Source: Octopus sinensis (lineage: Eukaryota). Taken from it: DNA of 10,301 bases. This document shows positions 7,681 through 10,301 of the stretch, piece by piece. The position numbers and the translations under genes are program-made. The notes under the pieces are model-generated. The model was not told the DNA's origin. It ran no database searches and worked only from the letters and a program-made list of their open reading frames with translations. Every line of letters starts with the position of its first letter. Position 1 is the stretch's first letter. The stretch is from positions 1 to 10,301 of the forward strand of contig NW_021827455.1 of the NCBI RefSeq assembly GCF_006345805.1. Direction: 5' to 3'.

Positions 7681-7751
7681 ATAGAGTGAAAAATAGAGTG
7701 AAATAGCAACGACTGGTAATATAAGGAATTTTGAGGATTCTCTCTTTTTTT

Positions 7752-8347
7752 TCTCTTTTCTCTTTTACTTGTTTCAGTCATTTTGACTGCGGCCATGCTG
7801 GAGCACCGCCTTTAATTGAGCAACTCGACCCCGGGACTTATTCTTTGTAAGCCCAGTACTTATTCTATCGGTCTCTTTTGCCGAACCGCTAAATGACGGG
7901 GACATAAACAAACCAGCATCGGTTTTCAAGCAATGTTAGGGGGACAAACACAGACACACAATCATGCACTCACATTATATATATATATAGTTAATCCAAA
8001 CAAGAAAGCACAAAAAACACAACAACGCGAGGACGTGGAACAAATATAGTATTATTGGACGCTCAGGAAAGAGGAAAGAAGGAGGGTTTACGTTTCGAGC
8101 GGAGCTCTTCGTCGAAACATAGGAGAAGGAAAGATCCAGAGAAGGGAAGACAGAGGAAAAAAAATCGCCAACGGTATATACGAGACGGGCTTCTTTCAGT
8201 TTCCGTCTACCAAATCCACTCACAAGGCTTTAGTCGGCCCGAGGCTATAGTAGAAGACACTTGCCCAAGGTGCCACGCAGTGAGACTGAACCCGGAACCG
8301 TGTGGTTGGTAAACAAGCTACTTACTGCACAGCCATTCCTGCGCCTA
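7752..8347 (-). mobile_element. SINE family X, copy 3, interrupted by the Penelope-like insertion
   Basis: Both arms are homologous to copy 1. Extra 184 bp in the internal microsatellite. Confidence 0.92.
7990..8173 (-). mobile_element. 184-bp Penelope-like element, copy 2 (decayed hammerhead core)
   Basis: Its reverse complement aligns with 2552-2735. The core reads gtttCGACGAagagctccgctcGAAAcgtaaac (+ 8086-8118). Confidence 0.75.
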
Positions 8348-8457
8348 TTCTGTTCATTAAGTACTTACATTCTAGTCACCTCATCTAAAACCAATATATA
8401 AAATCGATACATCCATTCGCTATCTTCTACACCACAGCCATACATAAACACACTTTT

Positions 8458-8660
8458 GAGGTTCCTGGCTTTAAGGGTGTCGCGAAAGATCTGGTTGGAG
8501 ACCCAACCTTCTGAGTTCTTTTACAAGGCTACGAAAAACTGAAGGACCGCTGTAATAAGTGTGTGAATCTGCGAGGGAATATGTTGATTAAATCATAATT
8601 AACTGATCCTCCTGTATTTTCTTTTACCCAAAGCAAGGAACTTTTCTGTAACCCCTCGCA
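8458..8660 (+). mobile_element. Internally deleted Tc1/mariner relic
   Basis: 8492-8577 reads WLETQPSEFFYK / GYEKLKDRCNKCVNLRG across one frameshift, which resembles a mariner transposase C-terminus. Right TIR aaagcaaggaacttttctgtaacccctcgca (8630-8660). Left TIR remnant gttcctggcttt (8461-8472). Confidence 0.75.
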
Positions 8661-8954
8661 CAACTCATTGAAAGAAACACACGCATGTTCACATAAACTT
8701 ATTAAAGCTCTTATTCATACGGAAAGACACGCGACCGAAGCTCCATTTATGGAAAATAGTAATGTTTACGTTAGTTATGTATGACTAAATAATTTATGTG
8801 TAGAGAATCTCCTTAGACCAAAGGTTCCTAAAATGGCACGACTGACCCCCTCTTAGGAGTGGTCTAGAAATGTTTAAATGAGTTATATTAATGAAAGTAG
8901 CTTCCCTAGGGAGTGATGGGTTTGTTGTTACTCCTTTGAAGATTTACCGTGTTA

Positions 8955-9045
8955 ACATATGTTGCTGTTCTTATTTAACCCTAGGTCATCACTCATCCAC
9001 CAAACCTACGATAAAAGGCATTTCAACAATAGTCACTACATCTTT
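8955..9045 (-). mobile_element. Fragment of the old repeat family seen at 3780-3975
   Basis: Its reverse complement ttgaaatgccttttatcgtagg...gacctagggttaaataagaacagcaac resembles 3913-3975. Confidence 0.4.
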
Positions 9046-9057
9046 ACAGCATATCGT

Positions 9058-9473
9058 TCATCTTTTACTTGTTTCAGTTTTTTAAAACTGCGGCCATGCT
9101 GGGGCACCGCCTTGGAGAAATATTTTAGTCGAATGAATCAGACTCACTAGTTATTTTCTTTTTTAAGCTTGCACTTTTATTCTATTGGACTCTTTTGCTG
9201 AACCGCTAGGTCACGGAGACGTAAACACACCGGCACCAGTTGTCAAGCGTAGGTGGGGGACAAAGAGAAACAGACACACACCCGCATACACACGGACATA
9301 GATATATACGACGGGCTTCTTTCAATCTCCGTCTCTGAAATCCACTCACACGACTTTGGTCGGCCCGAGACTATACTAGAAGACACTTATCCAAGTTGCC
9401 ACGCAGTGGGAACGAACCTGGAACTATGTGGTTGAGAAGCAAGCTTCTTACCACACAGTCGCGCCTGCGCCTA
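9058..9473 (-). mobile_element. SINE family X, copy 4 (more diverged)
   Basis: Homologous to copy 1 along both arms, with more substitutions. Confidence 0.9.
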
Positions 9474-9599
9474 TACAGACTTACATTAAATAATGTGTCG
9501 CATTTTGTCATAAGACGGCTGGTCGTGATTTGCGGTTACATTCCGTTGTTGATCGTGTTATCATATGTTATAGTCTTGTGCCTGTGAGCTTTGCCGAGC

Positions 9600-9815
9600 G
9601 GTTTTCTTGTAACCCCATGTCATGCATGACTGAGTGGTTCTATGATCAAAGACATGCTAATCAAGGCAACCCAGTTTTTGTCAGTCACAGTGAACCGAGA
9701 ACCACTCACTTCAATATGTACTTCTTTTCTAATACAACAAAGTGCGATTTGAAGGGTATTTAGCAGCTAGTTCTGGCAAGTCAAGCAATCATGCAGAAGT
9801 CCACTCACGAGGAAT
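9600..9815 (-). mobile_element. Diverged copy of the old repeat family seen at 3780-3975
   Basis: Motifs ctatgatcaaagacat and agtgcgatttgaagggtatttagcagctagttctggcaagtcaagc match the reverse complement of parts of 3780-3975, by eye. Confidence 0.4.
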
Positions 9816-10142
9816 GCTATTTAGCTAGAGAGAGCAAGGGATGAGATAAAGGGCAAAGGTGGTGGACTAAAATAAGTTTGTTAATCTTTGGATTAGATTA
9901 AGCTTTAAAATATCTTTTGTTATAATTCTATATTTTGAAGTATTTCAAATGTGTGTTGGATGGTGATTTCGGCATTTTTTTTATATTCCTTCTCAGAGTG
10001 GATGGAATTTTAATATTGCTATATTCTTTGTACTCGCTCAAATTATGTAGAAAGTTTTAAATCAACATGTTTACAACATGTTTGAAATGATAAGCTCTTT
10101 TTTCCTGATCAGCTGCCACTATCTAACTTTAATTCGTTTGAG

Positions 10143-10229
10143 GTGTCAGTGTTGAAATCATAGAGCCTGTTCATACCAATAGCTATAGAAGTCTCGTCTC
10201 AGCACTGAAGACTCAGTTTATTGATGTTG
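10143..10229 (+). CDS. Weak candidate exon (87 nt, phase 1-1), (G)VSVEIIEPVHTNSYRSLVSALKTQFIDV
   Basis: Branch-point-like CTAAC (10123-10127), AG at 10141-10142 and an open frame. The donor GTATAG at 10230 is weak. Confidence 0.2.
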
Positions 10230-10301
10230 GTATAGAAGTTGGTTGATCGAATAATTTCTTTGATGCGTTTGTCATCTATTCTGTCTGCTTGTTTCATGGT
10301 C

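Noticed and set aside
8811-8869. Tiny hAT-like relic (caaaggttcctaa…ttaggagtg with tagac/gtctagaa flanks)
   Set aside because: TIR and TSD matches are too short and degenerate to distinguish from chance.
1-10301. CRISPR array or prokaryotic defence system
   Set aside because: No regularly spaced direct repeats with unique spacers and no prokaryotic gene architecture. The repeats are eukaryotic microsatellites and retroposons.

Overview
AT-rich eukaryotic, mostly non-coding DNA (intronic or intergenic). It is probably from a coleoid cephalopod, most likely Octopus; this is inferred from remembered SINE families and the microsatellite load, not from a database search. About half the window is simple repeats and mobile elements: nine tRNA-derived SINE copies from several modular families, the 3' end of an R4/Dong-like non-LTR retrotransposon inside a (CATA)n tract, a hAT-type MITE and a mariner relic. 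The most notable element is a 184-bp Penelope-like (pLTR/retrozyme-type) unit present twice in opposite orientation. The copy at 2552-2735 carries an intact minimal hammerhead ribozyme motif (2605-2639). The copy at 7990-8173 sits inside a SINE's internal microsatellite and its ribozyme core has decayed. No complete protein-coding gene can be supported. Nearly all listed ORFs are translations of microsatellites or SINEs. A few non-repetitive islands with splice signals are candidate + strand exons.
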